Shown piece by piece: positions 29,019 to 43,368 of a stretch of 64,000 bases of DNA. Position numbers and translations under genes: made by a program. A model generated the notes under the pieces. That model saw only the letters and a program-made list of their open reading frames with translations, did no database searches and was not told the DNA's origin. Position 1 is the stretch's first letter, and the number at the start of each line of letters is the position of its first letter. The stretch lies in assembly GCF_009914755.1 (NCBI RefSeq), contig NC_060948.1. One strand, given 5' to 3'. This DNA comes from the human T2T-CHM13v2.0 reference genome, Homo sapiens.

Positions 29019-31123
29019 GTTCTTAAGCAAAACACTTTTCATTTTGGTATTCAGTTTCAAAAGACAGCTCTGCCACACTGCAAGTTTTAATTACAACCAT
29101 ACACACTCATTTAGATTTCACTATTGAACTACTTTCACATACAAGAAGGAACTCAAAATAGAAATGACTTATGATAACAGGTATTGTTATTCCCTCACAG
29201 CTTTAGGGAAAACAGGCTTTAATAAGTACAGAATGTACAGAAGAAATTTATATATGCAAAAGTGCATTAATATAGTAATACATTTAGCAGTAATACAGGA
29301 AAAAAAATCCTGGTTAACAATCTGATACATTATAGTATTTAAGACTACTTGAAGATTCTGCAAACCATCCAACTTCCTACTTGCTTTGGTTATGATATTG
29401 CTACTACATAACTAATCTTTGAAACTAAAAAGCAAAAACAAAAACCCACAATTTGAAATTTTTACCCATCTGTAAATTGTTTTGCATGTACTTGTGTTTA
29501 TCACTAATAGCTTTTGACAATAGTCTTTAAATTCCTAACACAAAGATTCAGAATAGAAAATCCTTGCTAAGTGAGAGTACTTCAAATAAGAAATTAAATG
29601 GATCCACTGCAGGAACAGATATCATTGGTTCCATTGCTAAAATCCTAATCTAGATAACCTAACTACAAATCTCAATTTCAGTCTCAGTTTAAATCCAATA
29701 GATCAGCTACTGTTAAAGAGCCAGCAGCTCCACAAAGCAAGTCATGGCTTCAGGCCACTGTTCTTAGAACAATTCAGAATACTAAGTGTTAACTTGTTAT
29801 TTATACATACAGTCTACAACTGCCTTTACACCATCAAAATGTATATGCATAATTAGAGCAAGTCTCCTGTTTTTCTCCTCCATCCCTCACCACAAAAATG
29901 AATACAGATTTCCGCAGGTTTTCTTGGCCACAAAGATGTAACAAAGAAATTCGACAATAAAAAAAGTACTACATACTGAATTTAAAGCCCAAGGAGTTTT
30001 TCTTATTTTGGGATGAGTGTCAAATTAAAATTTAATTTGCCATTATATGTTCTAGGTTAAAATACTAATTATCTTAGTTTAAAAAATGAGGGAGAGCCAA
30101 AAAATATTTTAATGTTAAAAAATACAATTAAGTTTTAATGAGTCAACCCAGATCTTCAGCTGTACCATGCAAATTCCTTACTTTTAATGGCCAGTTAGAA
30201 CAATTTTGAGAATTCCTTCTAAGCCTTTTGGAATAAGTAAATTATTTTCCAAAGAAATAAGTAGTTATGTTCCAGATACTATGCTAACAAAGATGCCCAG
30301 CTTAAAATATCTAAGACAGTTTTTATTCACTTAGCATAATTTTATTTTTAATACAAAGTTTATCTTAACTTTATCAGACTTAAAATGAATCCAAAGTTAC
30401 CACAGTATATGTGTACACAAATACTTATTTCCTAACCGATAGTCCTTTTCAGAATTAAATTTACTTCTAGTTCAGACATGTTGAATGAGTCAGTGCACTG
30501 AACATCAACACTATTATTTGAATGCAAGTGGGGATTTTCTTATTAATTTTCCCATACTATAAACGAACTGTGAGTACGCTCCACCAATTCCAAACAAACG
30601 TTCTTCTTGAAGATAGAAGTCCTAAAAGGTCATCTGTTAAAGGAAGGAAGAGGAGTGTGTTCTAGCTATTACACAAATGAATTCAAAGAATTCCTAGAAA
30701 ATCAACTTGCTATATAATCTCTGTCCTTGAAGCACTTTTGCCTGCACCTTGAGCAATATCTACTTAATCCAAGGGACAGATGAACTGGACAAAACATCCA
30801 TAGCCTAACAAAAATGAGGTAAGTCTCATGAAAAAAGTGTTATTTTATTCTAAGTTCTAATTGGGACAGAATGAACTAGCCCTTTATACCTCACTACACA
30901 TTGTAATACACCACCTTCCTTTAATTCAGTTTCAAAACTGTAGAAAAATATTATATATGTCACTTAGTGAAATGCAAGTCTCATCCTTTAAAAAGCTGTG
31001 GTAGGAACTGAGATACTACCATAAGATCTCTAATAAAATGTTTCTTGATAAATCTGTGGGAAATTTATTTTTTAATTTTTTTATTATGTATATATTTTAA
31101 GTTCTAGAGTACATGTGCACAAC

Positions 31124-33050
<1,927 letters not shown>

Positions 33051-33125
33051 GTTAGCTGTTTATTTTGCTCGTTAGTTGATGCAGTTTCTTCCTGGCATCG
33101 ATGGTCTTTACAGTTTGGCATGTTT

Positions 33126-34130
33126 TTACAGCGGCTGGTACCAGTTGTTCCTTTCCATGTTTAGTGCTTCCTTCTGGAGCTCTTTTAGGGCAGGCCTGGT
33201 TGTGGCAAAATCTCTCAGTATTTGCTTGTCTGTAAAGTATTTTATTTCTCCTTGACTTCTGAAGCTTAGTTTGGCTGGATATGAAAATCTGTGTTGAAAA
33301 TTCTTTTCTTTAAGAATGTTGAATATTGGACCCCACTCTCTTCTGGCCTGTAGAGTTTCTGCCAAGAGATCTGATGTTAGTCTGATGGGCTTCCCTTTGT
33401 GGGTAACCCGACCTTTTTCTCTGGCTACCCTTAACATTTTTTCCTTCATTTCAACTTTGGTGAATCTGACAATTATGTGTCTTGGCATTGCTTTTCTTGA
33501 GGAGTATCTTTGTGGCATTCCGTGTTATTTCCTGAATTTGAATGTTGGCCTGTCTTGCTAGGTTGGGGAAGTTCTCCTGGATAATACTCTGCAGAGTGTT
33601 TTCCAACTTGGTTCCATTCTCCCCGTCACTTGCTGGTACACCAATCAGACGTAGATTTGGTCTTTTCACATAGTCCCATATTTCTTGGAGGCTTTGTTTA
33701 TTTCTTTTTATTCTTTTTTCTCTAAACTTCTGTTCTCACTTCATTTCATTCATTTGATCTTCAGTCACTGATACCCTTTCTTCCAGTTGATCGAATCGGC
33801 TACTGAAGCTTGTGCATTCGTCACGTAGTTCTCTTGCCATGGTTTTCAGCTCCATCAGGTCCTTTAAGGACTTCTTTGCATTGGTTATTCTAGTTAGCCA
33901 TTCATCTAATCTTTTTTCAAGGTTTTTAACTTCTTTGTGATGGCTTCGAACTTCCTCCTTTAGCTCGGAGAAGTTTGATCATCTGAAGCCTTCTTCTCTC
34001 AGCTCGTGAAAGTCATTCTCTGTCCAGCTTTTTTCTGTTGCTGGTGAGGAGCTGCGTTCCTTTGGAGGAGGAGAGGCGCTCTGATTTTTAGAGTTTCCAG
34101 TTTTTGTGTTCTGTTTTCTCCCCATCTTTG
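33126..34130 (-). pseudogene. L1 ORF1p, frameshifted
   Basis: KRPNLRLIGVP...ENFPNLARQANIQIQE and PRHIIVRFTKVEMKEK...LNMERNNWYQPL are in different frames. Confidence 0.9.
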
Positions 34131-34696
34131 CGGTTTTGTCTACCTTTGGTCCTTGATGATGGTGATGTACAGATGGGGTTTTGGTGTGGCTGTCCTTTCT
34201 GTTTGTTAGTTTTCCTTCTAACAGTCAGGACCGTCAGCTGCAGGTCTGTTGGAGTTTGCTGGAGGTCCATTCCAGACCCCGTTTGCCTGGGTATCAGTAG
34301 TGGAGGCTGCAGAACAGCGAATAATGCTGAACAGCAAACGTTGCTGTGTGATCGTTCCTCTGGTGGTTTCCTCTCAGAGGGGTACCCGGCCATGTGGGGT
34401 GTCAGTCCGCCCCTACTGGGGGGTGCCTCTCAGGCTACTCGGGGGTCAGGGACCCACTTGAGGGGGCAGTCTGTCCGTTCTCAGATCTCCAGCTGCATGC
34501 TGGGAGAACCACTGCTCTCTTCAAAGCTGTCAGACAGGGACATTTAAGTCTGCAGAGGTTTCTGCTGCCTTTTGTTCGTTTATGCCCTGCCCCAGAGGTG
34601 GAGTCTACAGAGGCAGGCTGGCCTCCTTGAGCTGTGGTGGGCTCCACCCAGTTCGAGCTTCCTAGGCTGCTTGTTTTACCTACTCAAGCCTCAGCA

Positions 34697-34960
34697 ATGG
34701 TGGGCGCCCCTCCCCCAGCCTTGCAGCCACCTTGCAGTTTGATCTCAGACTGCTGTGCTAGCAATGAGCAAAGCTCCATGGGCGTGGGACCCTCTGAGCA
34801 AGGCACAGGATATAATCTTCTGTTGTGCTGTTTGCTAAGACCATTGGAAAAGCACAGTATTAGGGTGGGAGTGACCCAATTCTCCAGGTGCTGTGTGTCA
34901 CAGCTCTGCTTGGCTATGAAAGGGAGTTCCCTGACCCCTTGTGCTTCCTGGGTGAGGTAA
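34697..34960 (+). CDS. L1 ORF0-like open frame (87 aa) in the antisense strand of the L1 5'UTR
   Basis: GCAATGG Kozak context. MVGAPPPALQPPCSLISDCCASN...IRVGVTQFSRC matches primate L1 ORF0 (MAGAPPPASLPPCSLISDCCASN...). Expression is unknown. Confidence 0.55.
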   Translation: MVGAPPPALQPPCSLISDCCASNEQSSMGVGPSEQGTGYNLLLCCLLRPLEKHSIRVGVTQFSRCCVSQLCLAMKGSSLTPCASWVR

Positions 34961-36119
34961 TGCTTCACGCTGCTTTGGCTCATGCTTGGTGCGCTGCGCC
35001 CACTGTCCGACAAGCCCCAGTGAGATGAACCCGGTACCTCAGTTGGAAATGCAGAAATCACCTGTCTTCTGCGTTGCTCATGCTGGGAGCTGTAGACTGG
35101 AGTTGGTCCTATTCAGCCATCTTGGAACCGCCTCTGTGGGAAATTTATTATGCCTTCAGTTAACAAAGTTTATTTTCAAAGGGGAGACATAAAATTTGCT
35201 CTAATGTCAGTTCTCTACAGATGAGAACCAATACTACAGTAACTAAGTCTTGCCTTTTTATCAGTTGGTTAGTTAGGATGTATATTAGAAAGAAATACTA
35301 CTGAGTTGGATTGTTTTAAGTTGAAATCTCAGAAATATACCATATTGAATAAATTCTTACTTATTCCAAGAAAGAAATAGTGCAAACTTTGAATTATCTA
35401 CACAAAACATTAAAATGGAAAAAAATGTACAGCACATGAAGAGAGACCAAAGAGCTTTTTATGTCTTTTTTTGCTAGTTTCTTTTTGGAGGGACAGAGGA
35501 CTCTTTATTCTCCCTCTTGGATCATAAGCAAGCCCAAGTCATTTAATTATTTTATTTTCATCAAAGGAAATGTTTTCAATCTCCTTCAACCCAACTTTAT
35601 GGACTATCTCTAATTTATAGTACTATAACCACAGTTCATCTGGATTTACACAAAATTTCATGATGCACTTATATAAACATTCAAACCTTTACAAACTTTA
35701 AAAATTAACTCTGTGGCACTTTGGTAAACTTAATAGTGACTCAGGTTAAATTGAAAGTAATAAGACTGTGATTATTCGGACAGTAGGGAAATTGGTCTTA
35801 AATTACATCATGACCTTGTTTAGGATTTTCTTTTACTGGTCACTGACTGTCACTGTTAAACAAATAGTTTCCAAGTATTTGACAGATAAATGCTGCTCTG
35901 TGGTCTCCAGAAGTGGCCTGTTTTCCCTGAAAAATAGATAAAGATGGCAGGCAATCATTCTGTGGGATTTTGCTTTTGCTAAGAGCAGGTAAAGAATTTA
36001 GACACAGTTGTTCTGCTATCCATTTGCTCTTACTATACTTGGAAGGGAAAACAATAAGGTTAAGTCATTCTGTCTCCACAAAGTATCTGGTGTCTATCCC
36101 TGTGTCATTTATTTATGTG

Positions 36120-36430
36120 GTGGACAGCAGAATTCTTGCCTTCTGCTTTTATTTTCCTCTATCTCTTTTAAATATACTTTTTGGGCTTCTCTTAGAAGCT
36201 CTTTCATAGGTATGTCTTTCCAGTTCTCTACCTTTGTAATTTCTTGTTAATATGTGGCCAACTATTAGTTACAAAATGAAGCTTTAACATCCCTCATTTG
36301 AGAGGGGTTTTCTAATTCTAGAACTACATATTTCCTCATTTGCTCTTTGAGTCTTTCTAGAAATTTTGAAACAAAAGATCAGTTTCTTAAAAATTATACA
36401 CTTGGTCTGTCATCTATTTTCTCTTCCATA
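36120..36430 (-). pseudogene. HERV-I/HERVIP10-type gag (CA C-terminal) fragment, inverted relative to the adjacent pol/env
   Basis: Reverse complement translates, with frameshifts, to FLERLKEQMRKY...MLKLHFVTNSWPHINKKLQ..ENWKDIPMKELLREAQKVY. Confidence 0.65.
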
Positions 36431-36439
36431 AAACTAAAG

Positions 36440-38726
36440 GTCTCTTAGCACAGTTGCCACCCCTGGAGTTCACTAGGCAACAATATCAACCTGGGGATCA
36501 TGTCCTCATCAAAAGCTGGAAGGCAAAAAGCTCAAACCAGCCTGGGAAGGACATTACTTAGTGCTCTTAACTACTGAAACTGCAGTTTGGACAGCAGAAA
36601 GAGGCTGGACCCATCACACCTGAGTCAAAAGAGCACTGTCCCCTCTGGAGTCATGGGCCATAGTCCCAGGACAAAACTCTACCAAACTAAAGCTAAGCAA
36701 AGTTTAACCCTCCATTTATTTTATAACTCCTCCTTTCCTTGCTCTACTGCTGAGCACCTTGTTATTAATGAAACCAGGTCACCTTTTCCTCAGACAATCA
36801 CATTTGATGCCTGCTCACCATACCTTGCAGGGATCTCCAAAACCAAAGGTAACTGGCCTCCTCAGAAAAATATCTGTCTCTCCAAAGGCACATCTGACCT
36901 CTGCAACTCTTGCTTCATAGAGACCAACTCCCTTATGTTTCTCACATTTTAGGAACAAAATGTGGACTAGTTTCTAGCTCCCTCCTATGGACCACTGAGG
37001 AACAAGTGGTCCATAGCACTAATGAGGTCCTCTGGACCTCCATAGCACTGTCCCTCCTATGGACCACTGAGGAACAAGGGTGGACTTCCTCAAAGGGCTG
37101 CACCTCTCTAGAACCATTACTCTATTTCACCAAAGAAAGTGTTCCCTCTAATTTTCAATAATATCAATGCAATCTGATGCAGCTTTCTATTCTTACCTCT
37201 CCTGATCCTGACGCCACTTTATGTTGCTTCTATGACATGGGAGCTAACTTGGCTGGCACAGACCTCATAGACTCATTTGAAATGCATTGTATTAATCCCT
37301 CACCCTCTTCACCCCCTAGCCCCTCTTCTCTGTTTAGAACTTCTTCTGATCAAACTGTCATCCTTTCCATACCCAATGATAGGACCAGAGTAGATGTTGT
37401 AGCAGGTAAATGATTTATAACAAACTGGCAATAGAGCCAGGATATCAAGATGCAAATGCCTGATTGGAATGGATCAAATATTCTGTCCACACATTAAACA
37501 AAAGCAATTGTTACGCTTGTGCGCATGGCAGGCCAGAGGCCCAGATTGTCACCTTTCGACTAGGATGGTCCTCCAGTTGACCAGGCATGGGCTGTATGGT
37601 AGTTCTTTTCCAGGATTCCATAGTCTGGGGTAACAAGTTGTGCCAAGCTCTCTCTCTGCTATATCCCAAAGGTTGACACCCTGCAGTCCAGCCCCTGAGG
37701 GCCATCCAGCTTCTGTCTCCCAACACTAAGTTACTTCGTGTCTCTCACGACAAGGAGGAAACTTAGCAATCCTTGGAGACCTGAGGGGATGCCGTGAGTG
37801 TAAGAATTTTCAAGAGCTTATCAATCAGTCAGCCCTTGTTCTTCCCCTAGCAGATGTGTGGTGGCATTGTGATGGAGCTTTACTGGACACTCTGCTGAGT
37901 AACTGGAGCAGCACTTGTGCTCTAACCCAGTTGGCTATCCCTTTCACACTGGCATTTTATCAGCCAGAGGAAAGAAAAATGCAATATCATAAAGCAAGAG
38001 AAGCCCCTTATGGGTCTTTTAACCTACACATCTATCTAGATGCAATTGGAGTCCCACAAGGAGTACCAGATAAATTTAAAGCCCACAATCAAATAGCTGC
38101 AGGATTTTTGTCAATATTTTGGTGGGTGACAATTAATAAGCATGTAGATTAGATAAATTATATTTATACAACAAACAGCACTTTATTACCTACACTAGAG
38201 ATGCTGTTAAAGGAATAGCTGAGCAATTAGGGGCTGCTTGCCAGATGGCTTGGGAAAATAGGATAGCCTCAGACATGATATTAGCAGAAAGCGGAGGAGT
38301 TTGCTTCATGATTAAAACTCAATGTACTACGTTCATCACAAACAACACCACTCCTGATGGAAGTATAACAAAGGCATTGCAAAGTCTAAGTGCTCTGTCC
38401 AATGAGTTAGCCAAAAACTTGGGGGCAAATGACCCCTTCACAGGGTGGCTAGAAAAATGTTTTGGTAAATGGAAAATAATCACAACCTCAATTCTTACTT
38501 CTCTTGCAGCCATAGTAGCTGTATTTATTCTTGTAGGGTGTTGTGCCATACCATGAATCATGGGCAGGTGCACAGACCCATAGAGACAGCACTTACTAAA
38601 ACCTTCCTCAACTCTTCTCCACCTTATTCAGAGAAGCTTCTTCCTTTAAGGAATCAAGTAGAAGAACTGAACCAAGACATGTTAAGGAAGTTTGAAGAAA
38701 GAACTGTAAAAATTCAAGAGGGAGAC
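36440..38726 (+). pseudogene. HERV-I/HERVIP10-type pol 3' end (IN C-terminus) and degraded env, ending in a PPT
   Basis: GDHVLIKSWK...WEGHYLVLLTTETAV..GWTHHT, then env YLDAIGVPQGVPDKFKAHNQIAAGF..IFWWVTINK, ISD MAWENRIASDMILAESGGVC and a TM anchor. PPT AAGAGGGAGAC. Confidence 0.8.
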
Positions 38727-39740
38727 TGAAGGAGTGGCCTGCCTCTCCACATCTGTGGGTGTTTCTAGTCGGATGGGATAAGAGACTGAGAAAAGAAATA
38801 AGACACAGAGACAAAGTAGAGAAACAACAGTGGGCCCAGGGTACCGGCACTCAGCATACAAAGGACCTGCACCAGCACTGGTCTCTGAGTTCCCTCAGTT
38901 TTTATTGATTATTATTTTCATTATTTCAGTAAAAAGGAATGTCGTAGGAGGGCAGGGTGATCATAAGGAGAAGGTCAGCAACAAACATGTGAGCAATAGA
39001 ATCTACGTCATAATTAAGTTCAAGGGAAGGTACTATGACTGGACGTGTACGTAAGCCAGATTTATGTTTCTCTCCACCCAAACATCTCAGCAGAGTAAAG
39101 AATAACAAGGCAGCATTGCTGCAAACATGTCTCACCTCCTACCATAGGGCGGTTTTTCTCTCATCTCAGAATTGAACAAACGTACAATCAGGTTTTATAC
39201 TGAGATGTTCAGTTCCCAGGGGCAGGCAGCAGACAGTGGCTTTCCTCTATCTCAACTGCGAGAGGCTTTCCTCTTTTACTAACCCGCCTCAGCACAGACC
39301 CTTTATGGGTGTTGGGCTGGGGGACGGTCAGGTCTTTCTCATCCCATGAGGCCATATTTCAGACTATCACATGGGGAGAAACCTTGGACAATACCCAGCT
39401 TTCAAGGGCAGAGGTCCCTGCGGCTTTCTGCAGTGCATTATGCCCCTGGTTTATTGAGACTAGAGAATGGCAATGACTTTTACCAAGTATACTGCTTGTA
39501 AACATTTTGTTAACAAGGCACATCCTGCACAGCCCTAGATCCCTTTAACCTTGATTCCATACAACACATGTTTTTGTGAGCTCCAGGTTGGGTCAAAGTG
39601 GCTGGGGCAAAGCTACAAATTAACAACATCTCAGCAAAGCAATTGTTCAAAGTACAGGTCTTTTTCAAAATGGAGTCTCTTATGTCTTTCTTTTCTACAT
39701 AGACACAGTAACAGTCTGATCTCTCTTTCTTTTCCCTACA
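38727..39740 (-). mobile_element. LTR5A, 3' LTR of the HERV-K(HML-2) provirus
   Basis: Reverse complement TGTAGGGAAAAGAAAGAGAGATCAGACTG...AAAGACCTGTACTTTGAACAATTGCTTTGC (LTR5A-type U3)...GGCCACTCCTTCA. PPT at 39744-39757. Confidence 0.9.
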
Positions 39741-41799
39741 TATGTCCCTTTTCTTTTTGACAAAACTGCCATAGTCATCATGGCCCGTTCTCGCTGGTTG
39801 CTGTCTCTCCGGAGCTGCTGGATACACCTGTAGACTAACAACAGAGAGGACAGACGTACAAGAATTAATACAAAATTTGCAACAGTGGAATTTCCAGTGG
39901 TTTTAACCCAAGTGACAGGGTTAAGATTTGTGAGGCTATCAACAGCTTTCACCGTTGCCTCAGTTTCTGGCACCAGATTTAACTGGGCTTTTGATGTTTC
40001 AAAAATTTGTTTTTTCAATTTTGAAATATCTAAAGTAAGATTATCTTCTCTTCCTTGTAGATGGCATCTAACCATGTCCCAGTGATGTTTAGATTCATTA
40101 TAGGCTTGAAGTGTAATACAAAAATCTGACATATTCCAGTCACACTGTAACTGAAAAAGATATTCCAAACTTATGAGCCTATCTCCCATCCAAATGACAG
40201 TTTGTCTAAGATCATTACTTTGATTTGTCAATTTTTGATCTGTTTGAGTCTGAGAATTCCACAATTTCGAGGAATTCTTTTGCCAATTATTCACATATTC
40301 TGCAGTTTGAACAGAGGAGTGTAAAGCAATTCCAGCAGCCGCAGCAGTAGCTGTGACTGCAATAAAACCCATAATCACTGTAATCAAGGTAAAAATGAAT
40401 GTTTCAGATCTAGTTAGAACTCTTTTAAATACTTCTGTTAAGATATGTCCAGATGGAGAAGCCTCCCACGGTCAGTCCATGGACACAGGGATCCCCATAC
40501 CCTCTCTTGCCCTGACTAACAGAATATGATGCTGCCAGTCGAAAGTTGAATCAATGCAAGTAAACAATCTACAGTTTTCACAGGTTATAGTTTGGGAATC
40601 TGGTTTAATAACTATATTTCCTACAACTAGCGTATAAGGGGGTTTTACCTAACTTTGCAAAGGAATTGTCAGATTGTAATTTAGGTTAATAGTATAATAT
40701 GGCTTATGATTTCTTGTTCCCATAACTTGATTTCCAGACCAAATTCTAATGTGGTACGAGGCCACAGTGAGCTTCCATAATTCTGGGTGTTCAGGACCAA
40801 CAACAGGACTAACTTTGGTCGGGGTGAAGAAATCCTCTTTTCACCCCATTTCCATGGATAGGGTGATTTTAGCCTTCTATAAACCTGGTCTAGCCTTTTA
40901 GTTAAATCACTATCATAGACTGGATTAGCGGGCCAGACAGATGGAGCCTGTGAACATGAGTGGGTCTGGCCCATACGGTCATAATATAATTGGCCTCGAG
41001 GGGCCTAGTCTATAATAGTTCCAAATTTATTGTTTTGTAGTACCACTGCAGTATCAGCCACACATTCTTCCCAAACTAAGACTTCTGGGTCTTTTGATTC
41101 TTTTGGAATTTCCTTGGGGCAAGATTTTCCCTTAGGCCTAAATCTTAATGATCTTTGATAGGAAGAGTCCTGTAAATTATTCATTTGTGACCCAAGTGAC
41201 ATTTCACTTACCATGTGATAAGTGAATTTACTGGTGGCACTGACAGTAGGTACTTCTACCAACCAGTTTTGGTTTGTAGGCATTAAGCATCCTGGTGCTT
41301 TTCCCAGACAAATAGGAGGATAATGATACCCAATGGAAATGTTTATCATCATTCCTTCTTCTTCAGGTTGGGCAGGGCCACGGTCATCTGTGGGGTCTGG
41401 TACCCATGTACTATTGTTAACATGTACTTCAATAGGATTATCTCTCCAAGTGAGTGCCCGAATTAAGGGTGGGAAAGGCACATAGGCCCAGTAAGTATAG
41501 TTAGCTGTAGCGGCTCCTGCAGATATAGGGAGACTTAGCACCATTGATACAATCATTAAAGCTGCAAGCAGCATATTCTCTGGAGTTTATGTTACCCTCA
41601 TGTTTTTCAGGCTTTTTTCAGCTAACTGTGTCAGCTTCTTTAGCTGGGCCCAGGTCGGCGGCTCCGCTTTCTTGGTGGATGGCAACTTCATCTGTTCTTT
41701 TGATATCACCATTTTCTTCACCTGGCGAGGTGATGATGCTCGATTGCAGGTTTTCTGTCTCTATGGAGGCACCTTCATTTGCATCTCTGATGGGTTCAT
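39695..41799 (-). pseudogene. HML-2 env (and rec exon 1), disrupted
   Basis: Starts [12 protein letters not shown] then TAG at 41761-41763. [14 protein letters not shown]...; TM frame open for 230 aa (39695-40387). Furin site RSKR is changed to RSET. Confidence 0.9.
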
Positions 41800-43368
41800 T
41801 GTAGAACTTCAAATGTCTAGTGGGTATCCAAACAGGAAGCTGATTTTCTTCTGGTGAAACACAAGAAAAACCTCTCCCCCATGTTATCACCTTACCTATT
41901 TCCCATGTTTTATTTTTGTTGTCTTTCCACCAAATCAGTTTTCCCCCATGTGGGCTGTTCTTTTTACCAGTAAAATGTTGTTCTGCAGAAGTAGTGGTCT
42001 GATTTCTATATATGTTTAAAGAATTTAAACTATAGAGTGCTAGATTAAGTTGCATCTGGGGAGTGTTATACTCCTTACTGTCTTTTTCCATTTTTTGTTT
42101 AACCAATTGAGCTTTGAGTGTTCTATTAGTTCTTTCAGTTATGGCCTGTCCTTGGGGAATTATAGGGGATTCCTGTTGTATGTGTAATTTTCCACTGATT
42201 TAGGAATTTTTGAAATGCTTTGCTACAGTATCCTGGCCCATTATCCGTTTTAATTTTTTCTGGAACTCCCATGACAGCAAAACAAGATAATAAATGTCTT
42301 TTAACATGGGAAGTACTTTCTCCTGTCTGGCAGGTTGTCCACATGAAATGTGAATAGGTATCAACTGTCTCATGGACAAATGACATTTTTCCAAATGAAG
42401 GTACATGTGTGACATCCATTTGCCATAATGCATTAGGACATAAACCTCTGGGATTAACTCCTGCCTCCTGAGTGGGCAGGTGTAAGACTTGACACTGAGC
42501 ACAATGTAGTACAATATTTTTTGCTTGTTTCCATGTGATATAATATTTATTTTTTAATCCTGTTGCATTTACATGAGTCAGGGCGTGAAGTTCTTGTGCT
42601 TCCATGAAATCAGATGATACTAGGAAGTCAGCTTGTTCATTTGCCTTAGTTAAAGGCCGTGGTAAATTAGTATGTGCTCGAATATGAGTAATATAAAGTG
42701 GGAAATTTCTTTTTCTTATAGTTTATTGTAACAATTTAAACAGCTGATTTAACTGATCACCCATACTATATTTGATTAGGGCTGTCTCAACATCCTTTGT
42801 AGCCTGTACTACATATGCAGTATCTGAAACAATGTTAATAGGCTGATTAAATCTTGTTTAACACTGAAATGACAGCAGCCAATTCTGCTCTTTGAGCTGA
42901 GTGATATTGAGCTTCAATGACTCGTTCTTTTGGCCTGATGTAAGCTGCTTTTCCATTGCTGGAACCATCAGTAAACACTGTCAGAACATTTTTGAAAGGT
43001 TTTTTTCTGGTAATTTTAGGTAAAATCCAAGTAGTCAATTTTAAAAACTGGAAGATTTTTGTTTTTGGGTAATGATTATCAATAATTCCCACAAAATCAG
43101 CAAGACCAGTCTGCCATGCAGACTGAATTGATAAAGGCTTGTCTAACCTGTTCCTTGTTTAAAGGGACAATGATTTTATCTGGGTCACTTCCACACAATT
43201 TTACTATTCGTAGTCTTGCCTGACCAATTAATGTAGCCATTTGATCTAAGTACAATGTAAAAGTCTTTACTGTGGGGAAGGAATGGCCACTCCACAATAT
43301 CTGTATTTTCAACAATAATGCCTGTTGGAGAGTGTGCAGTAGCAAAAATCTAAAGTTGGAGTGGGGCT
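41510..43368 (-). pseudogene. HML-2 pol remnant (connection, RNase H, integrase); RT polymerase domain absent
   Basis: VFTDGSSNG and SAQRAEL (RNase H); HALTH..C..C, WQMDVTH and KTDNGPGY (integrase). Confidence 0.9.
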
